A DNA stretch of 64,000 nt from a virus, in IMG/VR virus record IMGVR_UViG_3300014838_000015, positions 37,226-101,225 of that record, one strand, 5' to 3'. Shown piece after piece: positions 10,601-20,446 of this stretch (positions within the stretch are counted from its first letter, which is position 1; each line of letters starts with the position of its first letter). The position numbers and the translations under genes are program-made. The notes under the pieces are model-generated. The model worked only from the letters and a program-made list of their open reading frames with translations. It had not been told where the DNA came from and did no database searches.

Positions 10601-11974
10601 AGATAAAAGGTGAGCTAGCGCAGCAATGCGCGCTTCTTGATCCTTAAATGGAACGTTTTGATACAACGAATTAAACGCAGACGTTATTGCTTTCGTTGTG
10701 ACTAAAACGCCGTCATACGGCGTACTAATAACCTCTGATAAAGGTGGAAGTTCTGGCAAATTAGATGATAAACTGAATCTTGAAGCATTTGGATTCAATA
10801 TCGTCGTTGGATTTGAATCATTACGTTGGTACGATGGATCTACGTCAATGAATTGTAACGTGTGGTATCGTAAAGCATACGATAACTCAACTAACGTCTG
10901 TATCCAAATCTTGCTAGACGCATACACGTTCTGAACGTTATCTTTTGTATATCCTAAACTCGTCAGTGTATCAACAAAATCATACGTTGGTGGATGATTT
11001 ACAGCGATTGATGACGTGTTTCCAGATGAAGTTGGATTTACGTCTGATTGAATTTGTTGAGAATAATTTGCTGCACCTAACGTACCAACCTGAGTTACAT
11101 CAACGGTGTAAATATCGTGTCGTAAATCAAGCTGACTTTTTTGTGATTCAAGTATTCTAACAAGATTTAATAAAAATGATGCATCATCCTGTAATGAAGA
11201 AAGAGCGATTGAAAAATTAGCTTGAGCCTTAGCAACATCGGCGCTAACGTTGGCATACGTAGCATTTAGCGTTTTCATCAAACTTTGAGAATTAAACGAT
11301 CGCATATTTCGCATATAAAATTGAACGTCAAAAAACCTACCTGCGTCAGTCATATATGGATGAATGCCAGCGTTCTGTAACACATCAGTAAACTTTTGTC
11401 CGGAGTGTTGCTTATCATTGATGAACAATGGTTGAAAATTTGTGATCATAACAACTTCAGGACGTTCCTGAGAAATACCTGTCAATTGTTCATATGGTTG
11501 AAATTTCGTAGTTGTTGTAATAAATGAAGAATTCTGTCTTAAATCATAATCTTTTCCACGCCATAATGAAAGATTATATGTTGGTAAAATTTTTGCAATT
11601 GATACTATTGTAGCCGCTGTACGAGTGGGTGTAGTTGCTGCAGCCGCTGCCGCAGCAGCTTTTCCCGCAGCGGCACCAGCTGCAGCTCCAGCGGCTGCCT
11701 GAGATGCAGATGTTGAAACAATCTTTGCCGTAGTACTCAGCGCTTGAGCTACTTCTTCTAAAGAAGAAGATGATGAAGTTTGCGTTACACTACCAATGGC
11801 TGTTTTAACAAGTGATAACGTAGTAGAAGCAGCTTGACTGGGTGATGTCTTTCCTAAAATTGTTGAACTTTGTGATTGATTTGCAATTATTGCAAGAGGA
11901 TTCGTTGTAGGTTGCAATGAAACGTTGCCGAGGTTCACAAACGAACCATTGTTTGCTAGCAACGAACTGATCAT
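7679..11974 (-). CDS. Very large virion structural protein with Ser/Thr/Ala-rich N-terminus
   Basis: 1431-aa ORF with ATGA overlaps on both sides; low-complexity N-terminal ~125 aa. Confidence 0.55.
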   Translation of the reverse strand: MISSLLANNGSFVNLGNVSLQPTTNPLAIIANQSQSSTILGKTSPSQAASTTLSLVKTAIGSVTQTSSSSSLEEVAQALSTTAKIVSTSASQAAAGAAAGAAAGKAAAAAAAATTPTRTAATIVSIAKILPTYNLSLWRGKDYDLRQNSSFITTTTKFQPYEQLTGISQERPEVVMITNFQPLFINDKQHSGQKFTDVLQNAGIHPYMTDAGRFFDVQFYMRNMRSFNSQSLMKTLNATYANVSADVAKAQANFSIALSSLQDDASFLLNLVRILESQKSQLDLRHDIYTVDVTQVGTLGAANYSQQIQSDVNPTSSGNTSSIAVNHPPTYDFVDTLTSLGYTKDNVQNVYASSKIWIQTLVELSYALRYHTLQFIDVDPSYQRNDSNPTTILNPNASRFSLSSNLPELPPLSEVISTPYDGVLVTTKAITSAFNSLYQNVPFKDQEARIAALAHLLSTEYRYSNGLALKTVQQTLNKYYNFTVVPTFANSTIFDSIIGNFGNNITDFPTQQINSLVSIGQQVAGATGVLTFESKYVEGDTGTLSPGGDYFFDQVLQVNGTSFDTKNIDTFVTTLQNSINSFNIITDKLNLLANPLDYVSTSTNVSQQDLMTAGKLITLLSNQLLDSTNETSAMLKTDKLAAVFHHAFYYPDLKSSLFVYIMTLISRSYGENITYVNNMSNVSNITTPLSNAKVATSVSSMVSNEIAFENTPLMDTLVDVILNSLLATIPTSKSSLTLNERQGITFATTANGFETALRQRSQLVTWVMQMMGKILSQLRVDSGAITGSYTLFNGYIDTSIMMVAFDLIISMIAKYGSQSIVGTTKSVGNITSSTVNYIISTNSINHKNSINEVMQRVNGEDARVQQLVLTVTNTLSTLKASLAGVSNYLNSSDVNSKMLEIYGILNNDNQMMQMLFSEQQIMLLAASVQNLLAATSETSGTKQPSSPSDANNFEEITILDESQISQATHDAVLGYLGQDEFASNRGTNKRILSVGIPLGFTQRIKQKVNIQKQGRASFENRRNDIVNVCVYKVDMINSDIVYKPLKFMFELSRFPVKVSTSQWLPIPQKPSLSDIVNSIPTLNFSQNVDISTSTAITNGIEYASSVVAGADGIKNARVAFDDDSYSFLTVNQKASILNNHIVSQLLEAYIHLMTGLSVAESDFDMVDSMQPVDQTLVKTLLEHSMQHVSDVVKQKSTSTQSQSNVTGGVMFSTTNVRPTATSILQGSVSPLSITQSQLSNPSGIAGNVSLSSRLKNIQSANVPIKTLQQVTVTGNVGNNLSTISSRNAPVVAETLRTISSLSNTMSTISSPLAVNQKLINPKQFDRIFNVVVDPTAFDIDVARTTATPFGRQALNLMIKNGDVVPATENDVALSSTTQIGTNQITPGGRSFIQNRSSPNVNSWKYRDRDTNQGDVTADKYFITIETFDEGT

Positions 11975-14448
11975 GATGCATCCACAATAATAGTATTTGA
12001 TGTAACTGCAACACCAACGTTATAATCATTCATCACTGGCGTTACCACATAAGAAATACCACCATCATCGTGTTTTGTAACCTGATGAAAGTACTGACAT
12101 GCCGTCGTTGGAAACTGTGAATGAGCTTTTCCTATCAGTGTCTTCACTCCATTCACCAACTTAAACACCAAAAAATGATCAACCTGTGTAATATCACCAT
12201 TCGCCTGCCACGATATGATGTTAAGATCACGGTTGAAGTTTGTTGCAGTTAAATTCGACACCAATGACGTACTAATGTTAAATGACACATTGACAGTGAC
12301 CAAAGATCCAACAATACCAAATGACATTGGATCCTTTGCATAACGTTGACTAGCACCCTGCGTCGAAACTAACACTCCTCGTGTCAACGCTAACGGATGT
12401 AAAAACTTTGCAGGCGAAAATGAGTACGGCTTCTTTGTTGTTGGATCAATAGACGTCTTTACAAACCCATCAAACATCGTTTCAGATGCTCGAAGTAACG
12501 GATAAATTTCATACCTGTACAAATGACTATATTGTAATGGATCTATCGCTCTGTTTTTTCTAAGCGCTGAATCATCAAAGTTATTTGTTGTAATCGTTCC
12601 AAAATCCTCACGTTTTCCCGTTGATAAATCGACGCGTTGAACGCTGTACGCAATAAGTTTTTGCAATTGATCACGTTGTGATTGAACATCACCTTGAAAA
12701 TACTGTTGCAAATTCTGATTTGTTAACATCTGCGTAATTTGATCCATGTCAGTTGCAGCGGTTGTTGCAGCGATCGTAAACGTTACGTTAGGTGCAGTCA
12801 TGGTATCGCTAACGGCCAAATTTGTAGTTGTTACAGAAACCTGACCCGGTGCTGGTTTGACAAATTCTAACGTAACATCACCAAAATCCTCTGTCACGCC
12901 GTTCGTGTAAATTAATCTTGCAACGTATCTATAAATGTTAGAATCAAACACGTTGTTATCAACGATCACGACCAAATCAGCAGCGCGTGTGGCATCATCA
13001 ATGAAAGCAACGTCACCGTTCACTGTTGTGTATAGTTTATCAAACGTTGTCATGTTCCATCTAAGCAGTTGAATTGCAATGACTTTCGTTGGCAACTTAC
13101 GCATCTCTATTTGAATACCTTCGTTCACCTGAACACCTGTCAACGCAATGCTACGCAATGGTGTATACCTCAACGGTTTAACGACGGCATTATTAAATTC
13201 AAATCCAAGCGTTGCTTGAACACCAACAGGTATTGCCCTATAAATCGTCGGACAAGATTGAGGAACATCAATCTGCACCTGCAACGCTTGATCACGTGAC
13301 GTTAGTGAATACGTACCTATCAATGAATAAGAATCAAGATCAGATGATGCAACGAAGATTGATTTTTTATAAATACTAACAGATGTCGCTCCTGGATCGT
13401 TTTGTTTAACACGAAGCGTAGCATACGTTGACGCCGCCGAAACAGACGTTTTAAGCGTTGGCGGCAATTTCGGCGTATTATAAACCTGTATTTCTTTCGT
13501 AATATCAAGAGTTTTAATGACAGTGTCTATTGGTTCATTTGAATTTGAATTTAATAAATCAAATTGAACAAATACTTTTGTGAGATCAGCATTCTCAAGT
13601 TTTAATTTTGATTGCAATAACGTAACGTTGACAGGAACTTCAACTGTGCTACTCGTTATCGTTGATAACACCGTGACAAGATCGTTGTCGATGAGTTGAT
13701 CAGTGTTTGTTGGCGGAACTGATAACGACGTTGGAAACACGTGATAGTTTAATAACTGTGAAGCTGGGTCGGTTGTTTTTTCAAGTGCAGTAGACGTGTT
13801 AGACAATCCACCACGCGTTGAAATTTCATCCTGTGATCGTGACGTCAATTGAGAAATGTACGTTGGATCGAGTCCCTGTCTAACGAGCATGTCATACATC
13901 AACGTACGTAAATCAATGATTGTATTGGAAGCTATCACATTCTGAAGATCAGGAACGGCGGCTGAATTAGCAATCCTTTGTAAGACTGGTTGCGAGTTGT
14001 TTGTGTTTTTGATGTCACCAGCTTTAACAACGTTCAATTGTGGCGTGTTCAGTTGTTGTATGTTTTCACTTGGTACCTGAGCTAACATCTGCTGAATGAC
14101 TTCATTATTAACAAAACTCATGATGTTACTATTATTTGAAGCAATAACGTACTTGTCTCGTTGTTGAACGGCTGTTTTTGCATCAGGAAGCAAAGATCTA
14201 ACGTTATTGATGATTGATTTATTATCGATAATTCCTCGTTGAGTTAACCCCAACAAATCTTTTGAGTGAACGTACCTGCTAAGCACCGTTACAGCAACAA
14301 CGTTTGCATTGTAGTTTAGAACGGTGCTAGGATTGACTGAATACGTAAATTGAAATTGCAGATTGCCATCAGGAGAAATTGACACGAGTTCAGCATAATC
14401 ATCATCAATTGTGATTAAATTCGCTATTTGCTGGTACCTGAAGTACAT
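11971..14448 (-). CDS. Large virion structural protein (beta-rich, Ig-like)
   Basis: 825-aa ORF, Thr/Val/Asn-rich, within the structural operon. Confidence 0.55.
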   Translation of the reverse strand: MYFRYQQIANLITIDDDYAELVSISPDGNLQFQFTYSVNPSTVLNYNANVVAVTVLSRYVHSKDLLGLTQRGIIDNKSIINNVRSLLPDAKTAVQQRDKYVIASNNSNIMSFVNNEVIQQMLAQVPSENIQQLNTPQLNVVKAGDIKNTNNSQPVLQRIANSAAVPDLQNVIASNTIIDLRTLMYDMLVRQGLDPTYISQLTSRSQDEISTRGGLSNTSTALEKTTDPASQLLNYHVFPTSLSVPPTNTDQLIDNDLVTVLSTITSSTVEVPVNVTLLQSKLKLENADLTKVFVQFDLLNSNSNEPIDTVIKTLDITKEIQVYNTPKLPPTLKTSVSAASTYATLRVKQNDPGATSVSIYKKSIFVASSDLDSYSLIGTYSLTSRDQALQVQIDVPQSCPTIYRAIPVGVQATLGFEFNNAVVKPLRYTPLRSIALTGVQVNEGIQIEMRKLPTKVIAIQLLRWNMTTFDKLYTTVNGDVAFIDDATRAADLVVIVDNNVFDSNIYRYVARLIYTNGVTEDFGDVTLEFVKPAPGQVSVTTTNLAVSDTMTAPNVTFTIAATTAATDMDQITQMLTNQNLQQYFQGDVQSQRDQLQKLIAYSVQRVDLSTGKREDFGTITTNNFDDSALRKNRAIDPLQYSHLYRYEIYPLLRASETMFDGFVKTSIDPTTKKPYSFSPAKFLHPLALTRGVLVSTQGASQRYAKDPMSFGIVGSLVTVNVSFNISTSLVSNLTATNFNRDLNIISWQANGDITQVDHFLVFKLVNGVKTLIGKAHSQFPTTACQYFHQVTKHDDGGISYVVTPVMNDYNVGVAVTSNTIIVDAS

Positions 14449-14450
14449 GT

Positions 14451-15446
14451 TTACTCGAATACCAAGGTGAATAGGTGAATGAACGTATCGGATCCCTTTT
14501 CATCGATCATAACCTTGCCAACAAAGTAAATGTGTGATGTTGGCGCTGATCTATCACCGGTTCGATGCATGCCAAAATCAACGACGTCAAGCTTTCGTAA
14601 CGTATCATAATTCTTTTCAAAAAATTGACCAAACACGTTGTTCTTCAACGATGTTGGATCAAACGATATTTGTCGCATGTAACCTAATGACTCATAATAT
14701 CCCAGTTCGTTTTTGATTTGAGCATACGTTAAAGACGCAACTGTTGAAGCACCAAGAGTTGGATACGTTGCAAGTTGACTTTTCGCCATTGCATCAAAAT
14801 CATCCAAATTTCCAGTAGTTTTATTGACTGGAGGGAGATACGCAAAATTTGGCATGTGACTAAATCGTGGATCGCTAAAAATACTATCGAGCGAAGTGAC
14901 ATGCGTTGAGTACAAATCAGGATCAGATATTGGTCTATTGCTGTTTAACGTGAAAGTGATATCGCTAGGACCTGCTGCAAACCCATCATCTTCAAACGTC
15001 ATGTCATGAGTTGCTACTACCATCAATTTATTGAAATTACCCAACGAATTTCCCAGCAACTGTCCAGTTAGATCAGAAAATGAATTACCTTGCGAAGCTG
15101 CAACATTCTGATCACCACCAATGATCGTACCAGAAACTCCTGAATACGTGTACGCAAGTATCTTTCCAGGCGATTGTGGAATGCCATCTGCGTTGCTAAA
15201 CGGTAAAACGTTTCCTGCATCGTCGGCTCGAAACGTCACCTGATCCTGAGGCAATTGACACGCTTCAAAGTAGATCCTTTGCGTGGCATCTTGACTACCG
15301 CTTTGAATGTCAGCCTTGTAAAACGTCGTTGAATCGCTAAACGACACGTACGAAACATCAACACCACCCTGCGATAGTTGCCGACGGCCTTCTAACGTGA
15401 GGATGGTGTCTAAAACACGCGATTTATTATCAAGAATTCCACCCAT
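14451..15446 (-). CDS. Virion structural protein, paralog of 4017..4733
   Basis: Starts MGGILDNKSRVLDTILTLEGRRQL...SFSD; first gene of the operon, preceded by TACGTA. Confidence 0.65.
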   Translation of the reverse strand: MGGILDNKSRVLDTILTLEGRRQLSQGGVDVSYVSFSDSTTFYKADIQSGSQDATQRIYFEACQLPQDQVTFRADDAGNVLPFSNADGIPQSPGKILAYTYSGVSGTIIGGDQNVAASQGNSFSDLTGQLLGNSLGNFNKLMVVATHDMTFEDDGFAAGPSDITFTLNSNRPISDPDLYSTHVTSLDSIFSDPRFSHMPNFAYLPPVNKTTGNLDDFDAMAKSQLATYPTLGASTVASLTYAQIKNELGYYESLGYMRQISFDPTSLKNNVFGQFFEKNYDTLRKLDVVDFGMHRTGDRSAPTSHIYFVGKVMIDEKGSDTFIHLFTLVFE

Positions 15447-15490
15447 GACGGTCTACTGTACGTATCCCGATGGCGAACCTTCAAGGCACA

Positions 15491-16885
15491 TCACAGAATC
15501 TTAGAAGCAATGGTAGCTAACTCGCTTCGCTCACCCTTTATGAGCGTGATGTGACCCGCAATTTTTTGATCCTTAAACCTCTCAACTGCACACGTTAAAC
15601 CATTGGTAAAAACATCAACATGTACGTTGTCGATCTGTTCAATGTCACCCGTCAATACGATCTTTGTTCCCTCACCAGCACGCGTGATGATTGTCTTTAG
15701 TTCATGCATTGAAAGGTTTTGAGCTTCATCAATCACTATGAATGCCTTCGGTATAGATCTTCCCCTGATGAACGTTATCGCTTCAATTTCAATGAGACCA
15801 CGATCCTGCATCATCGCAAGATATGCATCATCATTTGAAATTGGTTTATCAGATTGACCCGTTGCACGTTTTCTCTTTGGCCTATCACGTTTATATTCCA
15901 TCAAAAAGTTCAAATTATCACGTATTGGTGCGATCCACGGTTCCATTTTCTCCTCTAGAGAACCTGGTAGGAATCCTATGTCGTTGCCAACTGGGTGCAC
16001 AGGTCTGGTGACTATCAATTTATCATACCTAGGTGTACCTCCCAACGTTTTAAGCTGTTCAAGGCCTGAAGCAAGAGCAAGCAACGTCTTACCACATCCA
16101 CTTGGACCTGTCATCGTAAGTAATTTAATGCTTTCGTCCATCAACAAATCCAACGAAAACGACTGTTCTTTATTCCTTGGAGACAACCCATACGCACTCT
16201 CAACCTTTGAGATTGGTACGAGTGGTTTCGTTGAATCGATGAACTTCGTCAACGCTGATTTCGTTGTCTGACCATCACAAGTGTTTTTAATGACAACTAT
16301 CTGATTAGGATAAAACGTGTGTTGCAACAATAAATCGCTAGATAATTGAAGTTGATTGTTTCTATAGAATGAATCAATGAGTTCCTCTTCAACCTCAACA
16401 ACGCTAACACCATGATAGAATTTCTGAGGATCATCAGCAACACGCATCTTCAGGTAATCCTGACATGGAACGCCAATAGCATCGCACTTCACCCGAACGT
16501 TGATGTCCTTTGACACCAGAATGGGGTCACTGCCATATGACGCCGTCCCTAGAATGCTCAACATCAATGCAATGATGATGTTATCAGCCTTCGTTGAATC
16601 GAACTCGTGGGGCAACTCAGCGCCTTTTTGAAGTGCTAGCACTCGTAACGTTCCACCATTTGGCAGACGAACACCGTTCGTCAAGCTGTTTCCTGGCATT
16701 CGCATATCATCAAGAACGCGATTTACCTGTCTCGCATTCCTACCGACCTCGTCAGGCCTGCTCTTATGCCTATCGAGCTCCTCTAAAACGATCAGAGGAA
16801 TCACAACATCATTGTCTTCGAATGCAAAGACAGAATTTGGATCGGAAAGCAATACGTTTGTGTCAACTACGTACGTTTTCTTCAT
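15491..16885 (-). CDS. phoH: PIN-domain PhoH-family ATPase (PhoH2/YlaK-like)
   Basis: PIN motifs YVVDTNVLL...ADNII...SKDINVRVK; Walker A GPSGCGKT; GFLPG, RGRS, DEAQN, GDIEQID. Confidence 0.95.
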   Translation of the reverse strand: MKKTYVVDTNVLLSDPNSVFAFEDNDVVIPLIVLEELDRHKSRPDEVGRNARQVNRVLDDMRMPGNSLTNGVRLPNGGTLRVLALQKGAELPHEFDSTKADNIIIALMLSILGTASYGSDPILVSKDINVRVKCDAIGVPCQDYLKMRVADDPQKFYHGVSVVEVEEELIDSFYRNNQLQLSSDLLLQHTFYPNQIVVIKNTCDGQTTKSALTKFIDSTKPLVPISKVESAYGLSPRNKEQSFSLDLLMDESIKLLTMTGPSGCGKTLLALASGLEQLKTLGGTPRYDKLIVTRPVHPVGNDIGFLPGSLEEKMEPWIAPIRDNLNFLMEYKRDRPKRKRATGQSDKPISNDDAYLAMMQDRGLIEIEAITFIRGRSIPKAFIVIDEAQNLSMHELKTIITRAGEGTKIVLTGDIEQIDNVHVDVFTNGLTCAVERFKDQKIAGHITLIKGERSELATIASKIL

Positions 16886-16968
16886 GCGTTTTTCACTACT
16901 TTCATTTCTCTAATTCGTGATCGACTTGTACACAGATGGCGTCTTCCGTTAGATTATACCTTGTAAGC

Positions 16969-17244
16969 ATGCAAGAATCAAACAAACGCTTAAATGTCAT
17001 TGGTGCAGATCGTATCGTTGATGGAACAACGTGTTTTGATGTTCAATCCAAGGCAGGCGTCAGTTGTCAAAGACAACGTTGTCCTCATTGGATGGCGTTT
17101 GATGAAGGAGGAAATTGCGTACACATTGCATCAAAGATGGGTCCACATACGTTACAACGTATAGGTCAGATCTACAATCTGACAAGAATGCGAATCTGTC
17201 AGATCGAAAAAAGCATCTTTGATCGTATTCGAAACGATTCGTGA
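16969..17244 (+). CDS. Stand-alone sigma-70 region-4 HTH protein with Cys-rich N-terminus
   Basis: TLQRIGQIYNLTRMRICQIEK matches sigma r4.2 (TLEEIG..F.VTRERIRQIE.K); four Cys upstream. Start moved to ATG 16969, which is 6 nt after TACCTT. Confidence 0.75.
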   Translation: MQESNKRLNVIGADRIVDGTTCFDVQSKAGVSCQRQRCPHWMAFDEGGNCVHIASKMGPHTLQRIGQIYNLTRMRICQIEKSIFDRIRNDS

Positions 17245-17249
17245 TCGTT

Positions 17250-17597
17250 TCACGTTGCTTGCTTAACTTTCTTATTTTTCTTGCTGCTAGCAACAACATG
17301 AACTTCATCTAGTGCTGGTTGAACGTCGTGTTCAACGAGTTGTTCAGCAATCTGCTGTTCTTGTTTATCTTCAATGACGTCAATTGATGTCGATTGTGCG
17401 ATTGGTTCTACGACATGAAGTTCTTCTTCAATTTGTGGCGGGTCAAGAAAAACCAATGCTGACTTCAATTCAGGTTGTTCAGGAACAACTGACGTAACGT
17501 TAGCAACCAATCGTCCATTATGGGTTCTGGTATGCTTCTCCTTTGGATTGAGGCCAAATTCATGAATGTCACGAAGTATTGCTTTAGGTGCAGGCAT
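17250..17597 (-). CDS. Hypothetical acidic protein with basic tail
   Basis: MPAPKAILRDIHEFGLNP... from ATG 17597; TATTTA upstream. Confidence 0.6.
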   Translation of the reverse strand: MPAPKAILRDIHEFGLNPKEKHTRTHNGRLVANVTSVVPEQPELKSALVFLDPPQIEEELHVVEPIAQSTSIDVIEDKQEQQIAEQLVEHDVQPALDEVHVVASSKKNKKVKQAT

Positions 17598-17684
17598 AAT
17601 GATCTCCAGCTCTAAATATGGAGGCCAAGAAACAGCAAAACCCCAGCACATCGCCAGGGTTTTGAAGAAACGATCAATGAACAG

Positions 17685-17897
17685 TTACTTGGCTTTTGCA
17701 GCTAACTTATTCGCCTTGTCCTGTTCTAGGCTTGTCTTGACGAGCGAAGAAGCCTTTGCCTTGAGCTCACGAAGAACCTTTCGTGCTCGAAGACCTGCAG
17801 CCGCATTTCCCTTTGCGTTCTTCACAACATCAAGCTCAAGATCGTCAATGATTGCCTTGATTTCTCCCCACAACGCGATGATTTGATTTTCGTCCAT
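17685..17897 (-). CDS. Histone H1-like nucleoid protein (Hc1 family)
   Basis: GNAAAGLRARKVLRELK is the Hc1-family GNxAAGxRARK signature; SD GGAGAGAGG before ATG 17897. Confidence 0.8.
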   Translation of the reverse strand: MDENQIIALWGEIKAIIDDLELDVVKNAKGNAAAGLRARKVLRELKAKASSLVKTSLEQDKANKLAAKAK

Positions 17898-17982
17898 TGA
17901 AACCTCTCTCCAACTAGATATACCACCTTGAGCAGGCCTGTAAAACATTAAGTGCTTTGAATTGCATATAATGTCAACATTA

Positions 17983-19650
17983 TCATGTCAAGGCACTTGA
18001 AAACTCTTCTGGAAACATTGAAGCGTTCTCCCTATAAAACCTTGTCCAGTCGGCGTCGAGTATGTAAGAAACGGCGTGATCCTTGCTGTTACGAACCGAT
18101 CTACCTAACGCTTGTATAACCGTTCTTGCAGTTTGACATGCGTACCATTGTTGGTTCTTTGCTTTACGTAACTGAATGACTTTATCACCCAAATACGGGT
18201 ATGGAACCTTACACAAAATTTGAAACCTGCTTACATCATCAGCGAGATCGACGCCCTCCGTCATCGAAGGACTTACAAGCACGGTTGGTTCGACGCTATC
18301 CTTGTGAAATTGTATCGTTTCATCACGATTGTCGCTATTGTGAAGCAACAACCTCTTTGATCCAACGTTATCAATTATATATTGAGCTATCTTATACGAT
18401 ACACAGTGTATTATTCCCTTCTCTTTTACGTGCAATTCAAGCAAATCCTTGATCGTTGATACAATGTTTGGCAACGTTTGATCAATGCATCTCATTGACA
18501 TGCTACCGACGCCGAGGTAATGAATTGGTCTGTTCTCCTTCGGAAACGGCGATGGAATGTCAAGAAATGAGACTTCATTCAAAGGAACGCCGACTGACTT
18601 ACAAAATGTATCTTTGTCAACGATCGTTGCTGACATCATCAAAATGCGTGAACCCAATTCATAAAGGTGATCGTACCCAAATGATGATACGTCAACAGGT
18701 TTAAACTCGAACTTTCGATTGCTTTTTTTGTCTTTTTGCGTTGATTTGATGTAATTCATGATCCAGTTGTCTGGATTATACGATTCAATGAATCTATTCA
18801 CCTTGCATATGTGCTTATCAAGCATCTCGTGACGTTTGCTGTGTTCAACAAGACCCGTCGAGTCGTCCGTGTTAAAACATGAATCTAACTTGGATTTAAC
18901 ATCACTTATGTGTTTAAGAAGATTTTTCCTGTATGCACCCTTGATCCAAGCAAACGTCGCAGCGTCAGAATCTAACTTCGGTACTCGACATCCCAACACG
19001 GTACGTGCAAACCTTTCAGAAAACGTTACCTCAATGAACCTTGATAGTTCGTTTTCTATGTTATGAGCTTCATCGATCACAAGTAATGCCCTAGGACCTA
19101 ACTGACCTGCGTACATCGTCTCTGCAAGAAAGTACGAAAAGTTCGTTATTCCCAATGGGAACTCAATGAATTCTTGCTTATCAATGACGTATGGACAGTT
19201 ACCCTTGCAACACTTGTGAAACTCTGTACCATTGACCTGATCGCCTAGTTGTTTGAGCAAACGCCTTGACTCTGCACACGATTGATCGGTGTAAAACCTA
19301 CACTTATAATTGCTTGATGACTTGAGCGATCTCATCATATTTCGACCAGATGTCGGTCCAAAATCATCCATGTACTGTTGTTGCAACAGTTTTTGCGTCG
19401 TTAAAACATACGAGCCGGTTGTCTCTTCGCCCTTATCATCGTACGTTTTGCCACCGTTTGAGTTGAGGTACCTTGCTACAGTGACACCAATTATTGATTT
19501 TCCAACTCCTGTACCTGCTTGCAAAATTACATAACGTTTTCTTTCATTGATGAAAGAATTCAAAATGAAATTAATTGCCTTTTCCTGTTCAGACCTCACG
19601 CTTTTGAACGGAAAAAATTCCTGCCAATCACGAATCGTAATTTCTTTCAC
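17983..19650 (-). CDS. DinG/Rad3-family SF2 helicase
   Basis: Q motif RSEQ, AGTGVGKS, Cys cluster (candidate Fe-S), DEAH, MSAT, EGVD, QALGRSVR. Confidence 0.92.
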   Translation of the reverse strand: MKEITIRDWQEFFPFKSVRSEQEKAINFILNSFINERKRYVILQAGTGVGKSIIGVTVARYLNSNGGKTYDDKGEETTGSYVLTTQKLLQQQYMDDFGPTSGRNMMRSLKSSSNYKCRFYTDQSCAESRRLLKQLGDQVNGTEFHKCCKGNCPYVIDKQEFIEFPLGITNFSYFLAETMYAGQLGPRALLVIDEAHNIENELSRFIEVTFSERFARTVLGCRVPKLDSDAATFAWIKGAYRKNLLKHISDVKSKLDSCFNTDDSTGLVEHSKRHEMLDKHICKVNRFIESYNPDNWIMNYIKSTQKDKKSNRKFEFKPVDVSSFGYDHLYELGSRILMMSATIVDKDTFCKSVGVPLNEVSFLDIPSPFPKENRPIHYLGVGSMSMRCIDQTLPNIVSTIKDLLELHVKEKGIIHCVSYKIAQYIIDNVGSKRLLLHNSDNRDETIQFHKDSVEPTVLVSPSMTEGVDLADDVSRFQILCKVPYPYLGDKVIQLRKAKNQQWYACQTARTVIQALGRSVRNSKDHAVSYILDADWTRFYRENASMFPEEFSSALT

Positions 19651-19682
19651 TGTGTTGAAAGATTACCACATAACACACGGTT

Positions 19683-19934
19683 TTACACAGCATTATCATC
19701 AACGAACTCAGCTTTTCCTATGAGAAATAAATCATCGCCACCAACATCACGAACAACGCTTGTCAACGTTTGCATCTGTTCAACGTTTTCAAGCTCCTGT
19801 GCCAACAGATAAATTACCATCAACACCTGACGTTGTGAGACGCCAAAATTGCTTATTTCTCGTGCAATCTGACGACAAACTTGATTTTCTTCTGCACGTT
19901 TTTCAGACTCTAGTTTGCTGTACAATTCACTCAT
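19683..19934 (-). CDS. Hypothetical protein
   Basis: 83-aa ORF, ATGA-coupled to the upstream gene. Confidence 0.7.
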   Translation of the reverse strand: MSELYSKLESEKRAEENQVCRQIAREISNFGVSQRQVLMVIYLLAQELENVEQMQTLTSVVRDVGGDDLFLIGKAEFVDDNAV

Positions 19935-20395
19935 TTGATAATCTCCTCTCGAACGAAAGGTTCAACCTTGAACATGTTCTCTCCCAAAATTCGTACGTAC
20001 TTACCTTGCCTCGTACCTGATTCTTCATCCATCGTAAGCACCACAAAATTTCCCCATTGCTTGTTTTCATAAATGTATTGAACGTATTCCCACGTTGCAA
20101 TGTCTGCATTGTTGGATTCAAGCAAATCAGATAATCTAGCGGGCAATGATAATTTAATATCATCAATCGTTACAATAGATTTCATCTCTTCACGACCCTG
20201 AACAATTTCTGACTTATTGATTTCAGTCACTCTGTGAACAATCCCACAATTATTACACGTAACGAACTTCTGTTCAACAACATCGTCATCAATTATTGAA
20301 AAAACAACGAATTGATGTGATGGTGGATTCTGTTGACGTTTGAATTGCTGCAAAATGCACCTACACGTGATGAGATGCTTTAATCCTGTTACCAT
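19931..20395 (-). CDS. Hypothetical Zn-binding protein
   Basis: CRC and CNNCG motifs; TACAGT 6 nt before ATG. Confidence 0.7.
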   Translation of the reverse strand: MVTGLKHLITCRCILQQFKRQQNPPSHQFVVFSIIDDDVVEQKFVTCNNCGIVHRVTEINKSEIVQGREEMKSIVTIDDIKLSLPARLSDLLESNNADIATWEYVQYIYENKQWGNFVVLTMDEESGTRQGKYVRILGENMFKVEPFVREEIIK

Positions 20396-20446
20396 GCATA
20401 GACTGTAACGTCCTACTTAGCAAAAGTAAACCACAGGAACAAAACA

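Noticed and set aside
17983-19650. Inteins in the helicase, PhoH or NadV
   Set aside because: Lengths are normal, motifs are contiguous, and there are no C...HN-[CST] junctions or LAGLIDADG blocks.
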